Origin: Candidatus Rokuibacteriota bacterium | GTDB taxonomy: Bacteria > Methylomirabilota > Methylomirabilia > Rokubacteriales > CSP1-6 | Length of the DNA: 64,000 nucleotides | Direction: 5' to 3' | NCBI GenBank assembly: GCA_016184125.1 | Contig: JACPDG010000057.1 | Span: forward strand, 11,485-75,484 | In this document: positions 1 to 10,456 of the stretch, in pieces | How positions within the stretch are numbered: position 1 is the first letter of the stretch | How the letters are laid out: each line of letters opens with the position of its first letter | Notes under the pieces: model-generated | Seen by the model: the letters and a program-made list of their open reading frames with translations, nothing else | What the model was told of the DNA's origin: nothing | Databases searched by the model: none | Translations under genes and position numbers: made by a program

Positions 1-597
1 GCCCGAGATCCTCGGGACGGTGCCTCAGGAGCAGGTTGAGCGGCGCCAGCACCACGAGCACGACGAGGCCTAGGTTCCAGCAGGCCGCCCGCCACCCGGC
101 GTGTGCGATCACGGTCTGCAGCCAGGGCAGCAGGACGATCGAGCCGGCACCAGCGCCGGCGTAGGCGATGCTCATCGCGAGACCCCGCCGGCGCACGAAC
201 CAGTTGGGCAGGTAGAGCGCCTGCCCGCCGTAGCCGAGGCAGTTGCTACCGACGCCGGCGAGCACGCCGAGCGTCAGGTACAGGTGCCAGGGCTCGCGCA
301 CCAGCGTGGCCAGCATCGAGCCGGCCGCCAGGAGCCCCACGCCGAGCTCGATCACGACGCGGGGCCCGCGGGTGTCCATCAACCGGCCGACGAAGGGGCT
401 CAGCGCCGCCGACACGAGGAAGCCGAAGGAGAACGCCCCCGCCGTCACGCCGCGCTCCCAGCCGAACTCGTCGAGGATCGGCGGGAAGAGCAGCGAGAAG
501 GCGGTGCGCGCGGTGACACCGACAGCCATCGTGACGAACGCGACGGCCACGATGACCCAGCCGTAGAAGAACGGCAGGCGCGTCGGCTCGAGTCCTA
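1..597 (-). CDS. MFS transporter (runs off the left edge; exact start uncertain)
   Basis: Manual minus-strand translation gives LPFFYGWVIVAVAFVTMAVGVTARTAFSLLFPPILDEFGWERG...GRLMDTRGPR (MFS motif A). It is not in the ORF track. Confidence 0.85.
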
Positions 598-1575
598 TCG
601 TGATGACGGGATCAGGTTCAGGGGTGGCTCGCCGCGCGCGGCGCGCTCGATGTTCTCCGCGATCAGCTTCGCCCGCGCGTCCAGCATGCCCTCGGTCCAC
701 CCGGACACGTGCGGCGTCATCAGCACGTTCGGCAGCTCGTGGAACGGATGGCGTGCAGGCAGGGTGGGCCCGGGGCCGCTTGGATAGCGGTACCACACGT
801 CGAGCGCTGCGCCAGCGATCGTCTGCTCCACCAGCGCCCGGTACAGCGCCTCCTCGTCGACGATCTCGGCGCGCGCCACGTTGACGAGGACCGCGGTCGG
901 CTTCATGAGCGCGAGCTCTCGCGCGCCCAGCAAACCGCGCGTCGCGTCCGTCAGCGACAGCGCGATCACGACGACATCGGACCGGCGCAGGACGTCGTCG
1001 AGCGCGTCGAGCCCTCCGAGGAGCGCGAGCTCGTCGCCGGCCGATCGCGCCACGTCGCGACGGATGGCGCAGACGGCCATGTCGAAGGCGCGTGCCCGCC
1101 GGGCCACGCACTGTCCGATCCTGCCGTAGCCGAGGATTCCGAGGGTCTTGCCGGCGAGCTCCGTCCAGGGAGCGGGCGCGGGGACGCCGATCGCCCACTG
1201 GCTCTCCCACACGCCATGGCGGAGGCTCGCGTCGAGACGACCGAAGCCGCGGGTCAGTGCGAGGACCGCGCCGATCACGTACTCCGCGATGCCGACCTCG
1301 TGGCCGTAGGCGTTCGCCAGCCACGCGCCGGCCGGAAGCGCCGCCTGGTCGATCCGGTCGAGGCTCGCGCCGGGAACCTGCACGAGCGCGAGCCGCCCGG
1401 CCGACACCGCCATCTCGCGAGTGAACGCCATCGTGACCAGCACGTCCGCGTCGGCAAGATGGCGGACGATCCCGCGCTCGTCGTCCACGACGATGTCGCA
1501 CGGGGTGACGAGACGCGTCCGGACCGCCGGCTCGAGACGAGCGGCGAACACACCGGCGAAGGCGACCTTCGGCAT
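595..1575 (-). CDS. D-isomer-specific 2-hydroxyacid dehydrogenase
   Basis: GILGYGRIG Rossmann motif, LVNVARA, ALDVW and MTPHVSG; start taken at MPKVAF. Confidence 0.9.
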   Translation of the reverse strand: MPKVAFAGVFAARLEPAVRTRLVTPCDIVVDDERGIVRHLADADVLVTMAFTREMAVSAGRLALVQVPGASLDRIDQAALPAGAWLANAYGHEVGIAEYVIGAVLALTRGFGRLDASLRHGVWESQWAIGVPAPAPWTELAGKTLGILGYGRIGQCVARRARAFDMAVCAIRRDVARSAGDELALLGGLDALDDVLRRSDVVVIALSLTDATRGLLGARELALMKPTAVLVNVARAEIVDEEALYRALVEQTIAGAALDVWYRYPSGPGPTLPARHPFHELPNVLMTPHVSGWTEGMLDARAKLIAENIERAARGEPPLNLIPSSR

Positions 1576-1663
1576 GCGGCACAGCATCGCGAGTCCCGAT
1601 GGACGATCGGCGACGAACTTCAGATGATTCCTGCCAGCGCCCTGCTCGCGCTTGCGCGATCTC

Positions 1664-2695
1664 ATGACCGAGAGGAAGATTCGAGTCGGTATGCGGAGGC
1701 GCGTCGTCCTGCTCGTCGTCCCGCCAGTCGAAGAGCTGGACCTCGTGGGTCCGGTGCAGGTCTTCGGGACGGCGAACCGCCTGCTGGGCGGTGGCCAGTC
1801 GCGGTACGCCGTCGAGGTCGTCACCAACGCACGCGATCTGAGGATCGACGGCGAGTGCGGCCTGGCGGTGCTCGCACACCGTCACTATCGAGACGTGCGC
1901 GGCCAGCCCGACTCCGTGCTCGTGATCTGTGGTGTGGGCGCGCGCACGACGCGAGATCCCGCCCTCTTCGCGTGGCTGCGGCGGGCCGCCACGAGCGCTC
2001 GCCGGCTCGGATCCGTCTGCGTCGGCGCGTTTCTCCTCGCCGAAGCGGGCCTGCTGGCCGGACGGCGCGCGACCGTCCACTGGAAGTACGCGCGTGAACT
2101 CGCGGACCGCTATCGCGAGGTCTCCGTCGAGTCCCGCCCGCTCTGGGTGCAGGACGGCAACATCTACACGTCGGCCGGCGTCTCCGCCGGCATCGACCTC
2201 GCGCTCGCCTGGGTCGAAGAGGACCACGGGACCGCGGCGAGCCTCAAGGTGGCGCGTGAGCTGGTGCTGTTCCTCCGCCGGCCCGGCCAGGACCAGGTCA
2301 GCGTGTCGCTGGCCGCGCAGGCGTCGCACACGAAGGTCATGCACGAGCTGCAGGTCTGGATGGCGGAACACCTCGACCAGCCGCTCCCGGTGGACGTCCT
2401 CGCGGACCGCGCGGCGATGAGCCCGCGGAACTTCGCCCGCGTGTTCGCGCGAGAGCTCGGCGCGACACCCGTCCGCTATCTCGTGCAGCTCCGGGTCGAG
2501 GCGGCCCGGCGGCTACTCGAGCAGACCGACAAGGGCCTCGCGCAGGTGGCCAGCGCATCCGGGTTCGCGAGCGTGGACGTGATGCGGCGCGTGTTCCTCC
2601 GAACGCTCGGCACGACGCCACACCGGTACCGCCGCCACTTCCAGCCGGACGGCGCTCACCATAACTCCGCTCTAAGGGCGGGCCCCACGACGTAG
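1664..2695 (+). CDS. GlxA-family AraC regulator with DJ-1/PfpI domain
   Basis: SVCVGAFLLAEAGLL, TSAGVSAGIDLAL and a C-terminal AraC HTH; divergent from the dehydrogenase. Confidence 0.9.
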   Translation: MTERKIRVGMRRRVVLLVVPPVEELDLVGPVQVFGTANRLLGGGQSRYAVEVVTNARDLRIDGECGLAVLAHRHYRDVRGQPDSVLVICGVGARTTRDPALFAWLRRAATSARRLGSVCVGAFLLAEAGLLAGRRATVHWKYARELADRYREVSVESRPLWVQDGNIYTSAGVSAGIDLALAWVEEDHGTAASLKVARELVLFLRRPGQDQVSVSLAAQASHTKVMHELQVWMAEHLDQPLPVDVLADRAAMSPRNFARVFARELGATPVRYLVQLRVEAARRLLEQTDKGLAQVASASGFASVDVMRRVFLRTLGTTPHRYRRHFQPDGAHHNSALRAGPTT

Positions 2696-2931
2696 GGCGG
2701 TTCGCCTGGGCGGCGGGTTTTTCTTGGTCTCGGAATGGCCCGCCCCAAGCGGCTGCGGTTCGAGATCTCTTCAACAACGCGCCGGCGCACCTGGTGATCC
2801 ACCAGAGCCAGCTGAGTGCCGCCGACGACGTCGAGGAGACGCCGACCCACTGCGCGGCCTGGCGCTCGTGTTCCTCCCGACGGCGTCCGAATCGAATCGC
2901 TGACCGGAAACCAGCCAGCGGCGCCTCAGGA

Positions 2932-3828
2932 TTACGGGACGACGATCCGGTACTGGAGAGGCTCCACGGCGAACTCGACCGGCGTCTCGCCGGCGGCCTC
3001 GCCGTCCACCTGGTACGGCGCCGGCGTCTCGGACGTGACGCGGACCGTGCGCGCGCGGTGCAGGCCGTCGCACGCGCGCTCGTCGATGGTTGCGAGAAGT
3101 CCGCGCGCCGCGACCGCGACGAGTCGCAGCGGCGCGGCGTCGCCGAAGACGTAGACCTCGAACCGGCCGTCGGCGATCTCCCGCGCGGGTGACAGGTGGA
3201 GCCACCCGGCGTAGTGCACGACGTTCGCGATCAGCACGAGGCCGAACGTCGACGCCCGCCGCACGCCGTCGATCTCGACGCCGAGCCGCGGCGGATGGTA
3301 CGCGCGGAGCGTCCGCGCGAGCGCCTTGACGTACGACCACTTCGTGATCGGTCCCCGGCGACGGCGGGCGACGTCGCGCACCACGAGGGCGTCGAGCCCG
3401 ATGCCCGCGACCAGCATCGTGAGCGCGCCGTTCGTCCGTCCGACGTCGATCGGACGCGTCCGGCCGGCCGCGACGACACCGACCGCGGCCTCGACGTCGC
3501 GCGGGAGCCCGAGGTCGCGACTCAGCACGTTCGCGGTCCCGACCGGCACGATGCCGACCGGCAACAAGGGATCCGGCAGGCCCTCGAGAACCTCGCGCAG
3601 CGTGCCGTCGCCACCGACGGCCACGACGACATCGACGTCGCGCGCGGCGCGCGCCACGCCGGCCGAGCAGTCACCGCGCCCGGCGCTCACGTGCAGGTCG
3701 GTCACGATGCCGCGACGGTGAAGCGCGGCCGCGACCGCTCCCGCGACCACGAGACCCTTGCCGCGGCCCGCGATCGGATTGGCGACGACGAGCGCCCGGC
3801 TGAACGCCGCCCCTGCCCTGTCACTCAA
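2932..3828 (-). CDS. Diacylglycerol kinase family lipid kinase
   Basis: NPIAG, GGDGT, PVGTANVL and YQVDGE motifs. Confidence 0.9.
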   Translation of the reverse strand: MSDRAGAAFSRALVVANPIAGRGKGLVVAGAVAAALHRRGIVTDLHVSAGRGDCSAGVARAARDVDVVVAVGGDGTLREVLEGLPDPLLPVGIVPVGTANVLSRDLGLPRDVEAAVGVVAAGRTRPIDVGRTNGALTMLVAGIGLDALVVRDVARRRRGPITKWSYVKALARTLRAYHPPRLGVEIDGVRRASTFGLVLIANVVHYAGWLHLSPAREIADGRFEVYVFGDAAPLRLVAVAARGLLATIDERACDGLHRARTVRVTSETPAPYQVDGEAAGETPVEFAVEPLQYRIVVP

Positions 3829-3864
3829 GGCTGTTGCTCGAAGGGGGCGAAGCGGCTTCGACGT

Positions 3865-4275
3865 CTACTGCACGACGGTCACGACGCCGAGGTTCCCGAT
3901 CTTCTGGAAGACGAGCGTGACGATGATGACCTCGCCCTTCTGCAACGGCCGGCTGAAGCCGGCGAGCACGACGTGGTGGGCGCCCGGCGCGAACGCGACG
4001 ACGGTCGTGCCCGGCACCTCCACGCGCTCGACCGGGAGCCCCGATGGACCGACGAGGATCGCCTGGCGTGCCAGCGGCGTCTGCACCGCGGTCAGCACGT
4101 CACCGTACTTGCCGGTGCTCTCGAGGTCCACGTAGAAGAACGCCCGGTCGCCCTGGAGGACCGCCCGCCCCCGCTTGGGCCTGATGTGCGTCCCCCCGAC
4201 CTCCGTGACGCTCGGGTAGTGGACGCAGCCGGCGGCGACCAACACCGCGACGGCGAGCGCGAGGGCCCGGGTCAC
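3865..4275 (-). CDS. PCu(A)C-like lipoprotein
   Basis: Lipobox VAAGC and FAPGAHHVVLAGFSRPLQKGE resembling the PCuAC C-terminus; the GTG start overlaps the upstream TGA. Confidence 0.6.
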   Translation of the reverse strand: MTRALALAVAVLVAAGCVHYPSVTEVGGTHIRPKRGRAVLQGDRAFFYVDLESTGKYGDVLTAVQTPLARQAILVGPSGLPVERVEVPGTTVVAFAPGAHHVVLAGFSRPLQKGEVIIVTLVFQKIGNLGVVTVVQ

Positions 4276-5594
4276 GTGCGGTCGAACGCGCCGTCCTCGA
4301 CCATCGCGCGGAAGGCGCGCTCGTAGGCGGCGACGCTCGTCTCGATGTCCTCGTCGGAGTGGACGGCGGAGATCCAGCCGTGGTTCATCGAGCAGTCCAC
4401 GCCCTCGTTCATGAGGGCGCAGCGAAGCAGATGGTAGAGGTTCCCGCGGCGCGGGCGATCGAACCCTGCGAGTCCCGGCTTGCCTTCGAACGACACGTGG
4501 TAGAGCGAGGCCTCGCCGTACACCACGCCGGGCGCGCCCGCGCGCTGGAGCGCCTCGTTCAGGCTCCGGCGCATCGTCTCGCCGGACTTGCCCGCCCGCG
4601 CCTGCAGCGACGCATCGGCGCACAGCTCGAGCGTCGCGATCGCGGCGGCCGCGGACAGCGGGTTGGCGTTGAAGGTGCCGGCGTGCGCGACACGCTCGCT
4701 GCGGTCCCACGCCGGATCGCCGCGGTGCGCGATCATCGCCATGATGTCCCGCCGGCCGCAGAGCGCGCCGCCGGGCAGGCCACCCGCGACGATCTTCGCG
4801 AGCGTCGTCAGATCCGGGGTGACGCCGAAGTACTCCTGTGCGCCGCCGGGCGCGTACCGGAAGCCGGTGATCACCTCGTCGAACACGAGCAGCACATCGT
4901 GCTCGCTCGTCACGCGTCTGAGCTCCTCGAGGTACCCCGGGATCGTCGGCGTCGTGCCCGCCTGACCGCCGGCGGGCTCCAGGATGACGGCCGCCACGTC
5001 GCCGCGCTGGACCGCCGTCTCGACCGCCTTGATGTCGTTCGGCGGACACACGACGACCTGGTCGAGGAGCGCCCCCGGGACGCCGGCGGACATCGGCACC
5101 TCGTAGGGCGGGTTCACGCCGGCGACGACGCCGTCGTGCCAGCCGTGGAAGTGTCCCGACAGCTTCACGATGCGCGGGTGTCCCGTGTACGCGCGCGCCA
5201 CGCGGAGGGCGAGGTGGGTCGCTTCCGTGCCGGACATCGTGAAGCGGGTGAGCTCGGCGCACGGGACGAGCTGGCCGACGAGCTCGGCCCACCGCACCTC
5301 GAGCTCGTGGTTCGCGCCGTAGTGCGTGCCGCGCGCCATCTGGTCCTGGACCGCCGCGACGACCGCGGGATGCGCGTGTCCGAGGAACAGCGCGCCGTGC
5401 CCCATCCAGTAGTCGGTGTACTCGTGGCCGTCGACGTCCCACTTGCGGCTGCCGCTCGCGTGGGTGACGTACAAGGGGAACGGCAGCAGGTAGCGGATGT
5501 CGTGAGTGATCCCGCCCGGGATCGACTTCCTGGCGCGCTCGGCGAGCGCGGCGGACTTCGGATGCCGCTGGCGGAACCGGTCCAGGATCTTCAT
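4272..5594 (-). CDS. Class III aminotransferase (GSA aminomutase-like)
   Basis: WDVDGHEYTD, SGTEAT, FDEVITGFR, TLAKIVAGG and HAGTFNAN. Confidence 0.9.
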   Translation of the reverse strand: MKILDRFRQRHPKSAALAERARKSIPGGITHDIRYLLPFPLYVTHASGSRKWDVDGHEYTDYWMGHGALFLGHAHPAVVAAVQDQMARGTHYGANHELEVRWAELVGQLVPCAELTRFTMSGTEATHLALRVARAYTGHPRIVKLSGHFHGWHDGVVAGVNPPYEVPMSAGVPGALLDQVVVCPPNDIKAVETAVQRGDVAAVILEPAGGQAGTTPTIPGYLEELRRVTSEHDVLLVFDEVITGFRYAPGGAQEYFGVTPDLTTLAKIVAGGLPGGALCGRRDIMAMIAHRGDPAWDRSERVAHAGTFNANPLSAAAAIATLELCADASLQARAGKSGETMRRSLNEALQRAGAPGVVYGEASLYHVSFEGKPGLAGFDRPRRGNLYHLLRCALMNEGVDCSMNHGWISAVHSDEDIETSVAAYERAFRAMVEDGAFDRT

Positions 5595-5660
5595 CGTGGC
5601 GTCCCTCGTGTCGGGCGAATCGCGGCGCGTGCGCGCAACTTGCCCATGATACCGCGAGGG

Positions 5661-5775
5661 CCATGACCGAATCGCGAACCCGAGGGGCGGCCCGGGTTCC
5701 CCGGGTGCGTCCGCGCACCCCCCGGGCCGCCTCCGAGCGTTGGGGGCTTGGGGGGCCATTTCCGGGCCCCCCATG
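5661..5775 (-). repeat. Family-A ~100 bp repeat copy
   Basis: Reverse complement reads CATGGGGGGCCCGGAAATGGCCCCCCAAGCCCCC...CGCTCGGA, as in the other copies. Confidence 0.8.
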
Positions 5776-5790
5776 CTATCGGCCCGGCGT

Positions 5791-6762
5791 TCATCGCCGG
5801 TGCGGGCGCACGGCAAGCCTCAGGAGCTCGACGACGGCCCCGTGCGTGTCGACGCCAAAGCCATCGACCGTCGCTTCGCGCCGTCTCGTGACGCCGTCGA
5901 ACGCGCCGGCCTCGACGCACGCCTCGATGAGCCGGCGCTCGGTGTCCGGGGTGTGCAGCAGCGCCTCCCCGGTGGCGCGGGCGAGCGCAGCCACGATCCC
6001 GTACGCGCCCCAGTTCGACGTCGCGGCGACGACGAGGTGATCGACCCTCACGACGGACGCCGTGCGCGCGATCAATCCACCGGCCCGCAGGAGCCGCCGC
6101 CGGACGGTGCCCATCCCGATCTCGTTCCCGCCATCCCCGACACCAATGGTGACCGGCCGGTCCGATGCCGACTGCGCACGCCGACAAGCTGACTGCGCGG
6201 TGAATCGGCCGGACGCGGAGCCGGGAGGAGACGCCCGACGGTTGCCGGCGCCCTCGCGGCTCCCCGTCCGGCCACCTCCAGCGACGAGAAAGAGCTCGTC
6301 GATACGCCGATTCCAGGGCGTGATCACCACCCCGCGCAGGTTCATGTACTCGCCGGACGCCGCGCGACCCGGCCGCTCGACGGCGATCAGGTGCGTGGGC
6401 CGTGCGCGCGCCAGCAGCGACGGCGCGGCACCCTCACCCTCGGGATAGACCTCGATGTCGACCGGCTCGGCCAGCGCCTTCAGCGCCGCCTCGACGATCG
6501 GGACGTTATGGGGGTCCGTGACGTACGTGACCTGCGCACCGAGCCGGCGAAGCGCGCGACCGAGCACGGTGGCCCCCGGGGGGCCATCGGTCTCCGGCGT
6601 GTCGGCCGCGACGGTGAAGCCGGTCGCAATCAGAACGCGGCGCGCGGCGCGCAGCCCGGCGGCAGCCGCGAGCGCGCCGTGCGGGACGAAGAAGCCCGCG
6701 ATGCCACGCGCCCCGAGATCGAGCGCCAGGATGTGGTCGATCGGGTCGAAGTCCGCTCGCAC
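5791..6762 (-). CDS. DUF4392 / D-glutamate cyclase-like protein with an internal insertion
   Basis: ETDGPPG, AVERPG, GVGDGGNEIGMG and SNWGAY motifs. Confidence 0.85.
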   Translation of the reverse strand: MRADFDPIDHILALDLGARGIAGFFVPHGALAAAAGLRAARRVLIATGFTVAADTPETDGPPGATVLGRALRRLGAQVTYVTDPHNVPIVEAALKALAEPVDIEVYPEGEGAAPSLLARARPTHLIAVERPGRAASGEYMNLRGVVITPWNRRIDELFLVAGGGRTGSREGAGNRRASPPGSASGRFTAQSACRRAQSASDRPVTIGVGDGGNEIGMGTVRRRLLRAGGLIARTASVVRVDHLVVAATSNWGAYGIVAALARATGEALLHTPDTERRLIEACVEAGAFDGVTRRREATVDGFGVDTHGAVVELLRLAVRPHRR

Positions 6763-6775
6763 GGGCGAGACGCTA

Positions 6776-8569
6776 TCATCCCGCCGCTTCGAGGAGCAAC
6801 ACTTGCCAGGGCCCGAGCGGATCGCGCTCGCCGGGGCCCGCGAACCGCGGGTCCGCGCTGTCGATCAACACGCGCCACGCCGGCGCGCTCAGCGAGGCCG
6901 GAAGTCGGCGGCGCTCGCCGGTGAGGTTCGCGACGAGCCTCACCTGCTCGCCGCCCGGGCCGAGCCGCGAGACCGTCAGCACCGCATCGTCCTCGTCCAG
7001 CACCGCCGTCGTCCGCTGCTTGCCACGGCTGCCGAGGGCCGGGTGGGTCCTGCGGAGCGCCAGCCATGCGCGATAGTAGTCACGCAGCTCCCGGTGGCGC
7101 GGAGCGGAGGCGAGCGCGTGGCTCAGGCGCGACCTCACGAACGTCGCCGGATCTCCGGGATCCGGAATCGTTCCCTGCCACGCGAACCGGCTGAACTCGG
7201 CCGCACGGCCGCGGCGCACGGCGTCCATGAGCTCGCGGTCGAGGAACGAGGTGAAGAACTGGAACGGCGCGGTCTCGCCGTACTCCTCTCCCATGAAGAG
7301 CAGCGGAATCGCGGGCACCGAGCACAGCATCGCGACAACCGCCTTGACCGCGTCGAACGGGACGATGCTGCCGAGCCGATCCCCGTGCGCCCGGTTGCCG
7401 ACCTGGTCGTGGTCCTGGAGGAACACGACGAAGTGCTCGCCGTCGAGGTCGGCGCTCGGCGTCCCGCGCAGGCAGCCGAAGTACTCCGAGCGTTGCCCCT
7501 GGAACGCGAACCCCTCGGCGATCGCCTTCGGCAGGAGCGAGGGATCCGTGAAGTCGGCGTAATACCCTACGCGCTCGCCGGTGAGCCTGACGTGCGCCGC
7601 GTGATGGAAGTCGTCGGACCAGACCGCATCGAGCCCGAGGCCGCCGGCCTCCCGGGGCAGGACGAGCTTCCGGTCGTTGTCGTGCGACTCGGCGATGACG
7701 TGGAAGGGGCGTCCGAGCTGCCGCGCCTCGGCGCGGCCCGCCTCCGCGAGCTCGGTCAGCACGTGGACCGGGCTCGCGTCGTAGATGGCGTGGACCGCGT
7801 CGAGCCGAAGGCCGTCGATGTGGAACTCGTGGACCCAGTACCGCGCGTTCTCGACGAAGTGACGGCGCACGCCGGCCGCGTCCGGGCCGTCGAAGTTGAC
7901 CGCGCCGCCCCACGGCGTCTTGTAGCGGTTCGTGAAATAGGGGCCGTACTCGCCGAGGTAATTCCCTTCGGGACCCAGATGGTTGTAGACGACGTCGAGG
8001 ACCACCGACAGGCCCATCGCATGGCACGCGTCCACGAGCCGCCGGAGCCCGTGAGGCCCCCCGTACGTCGACTGCGGGGCGTAGAGGTGCACGCCGTCGT
8101 AGCCCCAGTTCCGCGAGCCCGGGAACTCGGCGACGGGCATCAGCTCGACGGCCGTCACGCCGAGGTCCACGAGCGCGCCGAGGTTCCGGATCACGGCTTC
8201 GAACGTGCCGGCCGGCGTGAAGGTGCCCACGTGCAGCTCGTAGAGCACGAGATCGCCGAGCGCGTGGCCGGCGAACGCCTGGTCCGTCCACGCGAGCTCG
8301 TCGGGGTCCACGACCGCGGACGGCCCGTGCACACCTTCCGGTTGCCACCGCGAGACCGGATCCGGACGATAGCGCTCGCCGTCCAGGCGATACTGGTATC
8401 GCGCGCCGGCCGACACGCCGGGCAGCGTCGTCGCGAACCGATCGGCGTCGACGCGCGTGAGCGGGTGCGGCTTCCGTCCATCGACGACGACGTCGACCGT
8501 GCGACAACGGGGCGCCCACACCGTGAACGTCACGCCGCCGGCATGACGGCTTGCACCGAGTCGATTCAT
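6776..8569 (-). CDS. treZ: Malto-oligosyltrehalose trehalohydrolase
   Basis: GH13 motifs YELHVGTF, RNWGYDG, DVVYNH, GLRLDAVH, HDQVGNR and LFMGEEY. Confidence 0.93.
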   Translation of the reverse strand: MNRLGASRHAGGVTFTVWAPRCRTVDVVVDGRKPHPLTRVDADRFATTLPGVSAGARYQYRLDGERYRPDPVSRWQPEGVHGPSAVVDPDELAWTDQAFAGHALGDLVLYELHVGTFTPAGTFEAVIRNLGALVDLGVTAVELMPVAEFPGSRNWGYDGVHLYAPQSTYGGPHGLRRLVDACHAMGLSVVLDVVYNHLGPEGNYLGEYGPYFTNRYKTPWGGAVNFDGPDAAGVRRHFVENARYWVHEFHIDGLRLDAVHAIYDASPVHVLTELAEAGRAEARQLGRPFHVIAESHDNDRKLVLPREAGGLGLDAVWSDDFHHAAHVRLTGERVGYYADFTDPSLLPKAIAEGFAFQGQRSEYFGCLRGTPSADLDGEHFVVFLQDHDQVGNRAHGDRLGSIVPFDAVKAVVAMLCSVPAIPLLFMGEEYGETAPFQFFTSFLDRELMDAVRRGRAAEFSRFAWQGTIPDPGDPATFVRSRLSHALASAPRHRELRDYYRAWLALRRTHPALGSRGKQRTTAVLDEDDAVLTVSRLGPGGEQVRLVANLTGERRRLPASLSAPAWRVLIDSADPRFAGPGERDPLGPWQVLLLEAAG

Positions 8570-8684
8570 ACGGTCCAATTGGTCACACCATGTGCGACGG
8601 CGGGGGCTGCATGAGTGCCCGCGGGCGCCGTTGAGACGTCAGAGGAACCGCACTCCCGGCCCGGCTCATGAAAGGTACTCGCTG

Positions 8685-10379
8685 ATGCCCTCTTCGTTCT
8701 CACTGGTCCTTCACACCCATCTTCCGATGGTGGTCAATCACGGACGTTGGCCGCACGGCAGCGACTGGCTCAACGAGGCGGCGTTCGAGTGCTACCTGCC
8801 GCTCCTGGAGGCGATCCACCGGCTCGTCGCCGACGGGATCTCTCCCAAGTGGACGATCAACATCTCGCCGATCCTCGCCGAGCAGCTCGCGTCCCCGGAG
8901 TTCCAGAAGGAGATGTCGTTCTACTACGACAACGTCCGCCGGGCGTGCGTCGACACGCGCGAGCACTTCGCGAATCACGGCCTCGGCGACGTGGCTCGTC
9001 TCACGCACTTCTGGGAAGAGTTCTACGAGCGAATGTGGGAGCTGCATCGGCGCATCGGTGGCGATATTCCGGGCACGTTCGCCGAATTGCAAGCTGCGGG
9101 CCACGTGGAGATCATCACGACCGCCGCCACCCACGGCTACCTGCCCCTCCTCTCGCGCGACGAGTCGATTCACCTCCAGCTCCGGACCGCCATCGAGACG
9201 CACCGGCGGCACTTCGGCCAGGCGCCCCGAGGTATCTGGCTGCCGGAGTGCGCCTACCGCCCGCGCTACGAGTGGACGCCGCCGACGGGCCGCGACCGTG
9301 AGCGCTTCATGCGGCCCGGCCTCGAGGAGCTGCTCGCGGCCCACGGTCTCGAGTACTTCGTCGCCGACGCGCATCTGCTCGCGGCGGGCGCGCCGATGTT
9401 CCCCTACCGCGAGTACATGGCCTTCCGTCGGGATCTCGGCGGTCCGTCATCGGCGGAGCCGTCGGCGACCGTGCCGCGCTCACCGTACGCGACGTACCGG
9501 ATCAGCTCGCGCGGAGGGACTGGAGAGGCCACGGGGTTCTTCCGCGATCCTCGCACCACGCTCCAGGTGTGGAGCCGCGAGCACGGCTACCCGGGCGACT
9601 TCGCGTATCTCGAGTTCCACAAGAAGCACTTCCCGGGCGGGCTCCGGTTCTGGAAGATCACCGACGCGTCGCGTGACCTCGCGACCAAGGGGGTGTACGA
9701 GCCGGACGCGGCGCGCGCGAAGGTCCGCGAGCACGCGCGGCACTTCGTCGCGCTCGTCAGCGACACGCTCGCCGCGGCCGAGAGCGACGGTCCCGCCGTC
9801 GTCTGCTCCCCGTACGATGCCGAGCTGTTCGGGCACTGGTGGTTCGAGGGTCCGGCGTGGCTCGAGCAGGTCGCCCGGGAGATGGCGAAGAACGGCGTGC
9901 GGCCGATGGCGCTCGGTGAAGCGGTCGCCGCGGTCCCCCCGCGCACGACCATCTCGCTCCCCGAGGGCTCCTGGGGAGAGGGCGGCGACCATCGCGTCTG
10001 GCTGAACGCGGACACGGAGTGGACGTGGGACCGCCTGTACAGCGCGGAAGCCGAGTGGGTCGAGCTGGTCTCGCACGCGGCCGACGCCCACCGGGAGCTC
10101 CGGCGCGCGCTGGCCCAGGCCACGCGCGAGCTGCTGCTGCTCCAGGCCTCCGACTGGCCGTTCCTCATCACGACCGGCTCGGCGCGCGACTACGCCGAGC
10201 GGCGCGTCGCGGAGCACTACGCGGACTTCAAGCGGCTCACGGAGATGGCGAGGCGTCTGCGGGACGGCGAACCGCTGTCGGTCGAGGCGGCCGAGCTCCT
10301 GCGGCGCCTCGAGCGCGAGGACTTCTGCTTCCCCGACCTCGATCCCGCGTGGGGCGTGGCCCGCGGCGCGGCCCGGTGA
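8685..10379 (+). CDS. GH57 1,4-alpha-glucan branching enzyme (DUF1957)
   Basis: LHTHLP, THGYLP, WLPECAY, YDAELFGHWWFEG and QASDWPF. Confidence 0.9.
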   Translation: MPSSFSLVLHTHLPMVVNHGRWPHGSDWLNEAAFECYLPLLEAIHRLVADGISPKWTINISPILAEQLASPEFQKEMSFYYDNVRRACVDTREHFANHGLGDVARLTHFWEEFYERMWELHRRIGGDIPGTFAELQAAGHVEIITTAATHGYLPLLSRDESIHLQLRTAIETHRRHFGQAPRGIWLPECAYRPRYEWTPPTGRDRERFMRPGLEELLAAHGLEYFVADAHLLAAGAPMFPYREYMAFRRDLGGPSSAEPSATVPRSPYATYRISSRGGTGEATGFFRDPRTTLQVWSREHGYPGDFAYLEFHKKHFPGGLRFWKITDASRDLATKGVYEPDAARAKVREHARHFVALVSDTLAAAESDGPAVVCSPYDAELFGHWWFEGPAWLEQVAREMAKNGVRPMALGEAVAAVPPRTTISLPEGSWGEGGDHRVWLNADTEWTWDRLYSAEAEWVELVSHAADAHRELRRALAQATRELLLLQASDWPFLITTGSARDYAERRVAEHYADFKRLTEMARRLRDGEPLSVEAAELLRRLEREDFCFPDLDPAWGVARGAAR

Positions 10380-10456
10380 TGGCGACGACACGCGAGAGGC
10401 TCGCGGGCTCCACGCCCGGGGCGGAGCGCGATGCGCTCCCCCCCATGGCAACATAG

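Noticed and set aside
2696-2931. Possible gene fragment or RNA between the regulator and the kinase
   Set aside because: No convincing start, motif or structure can be supported.
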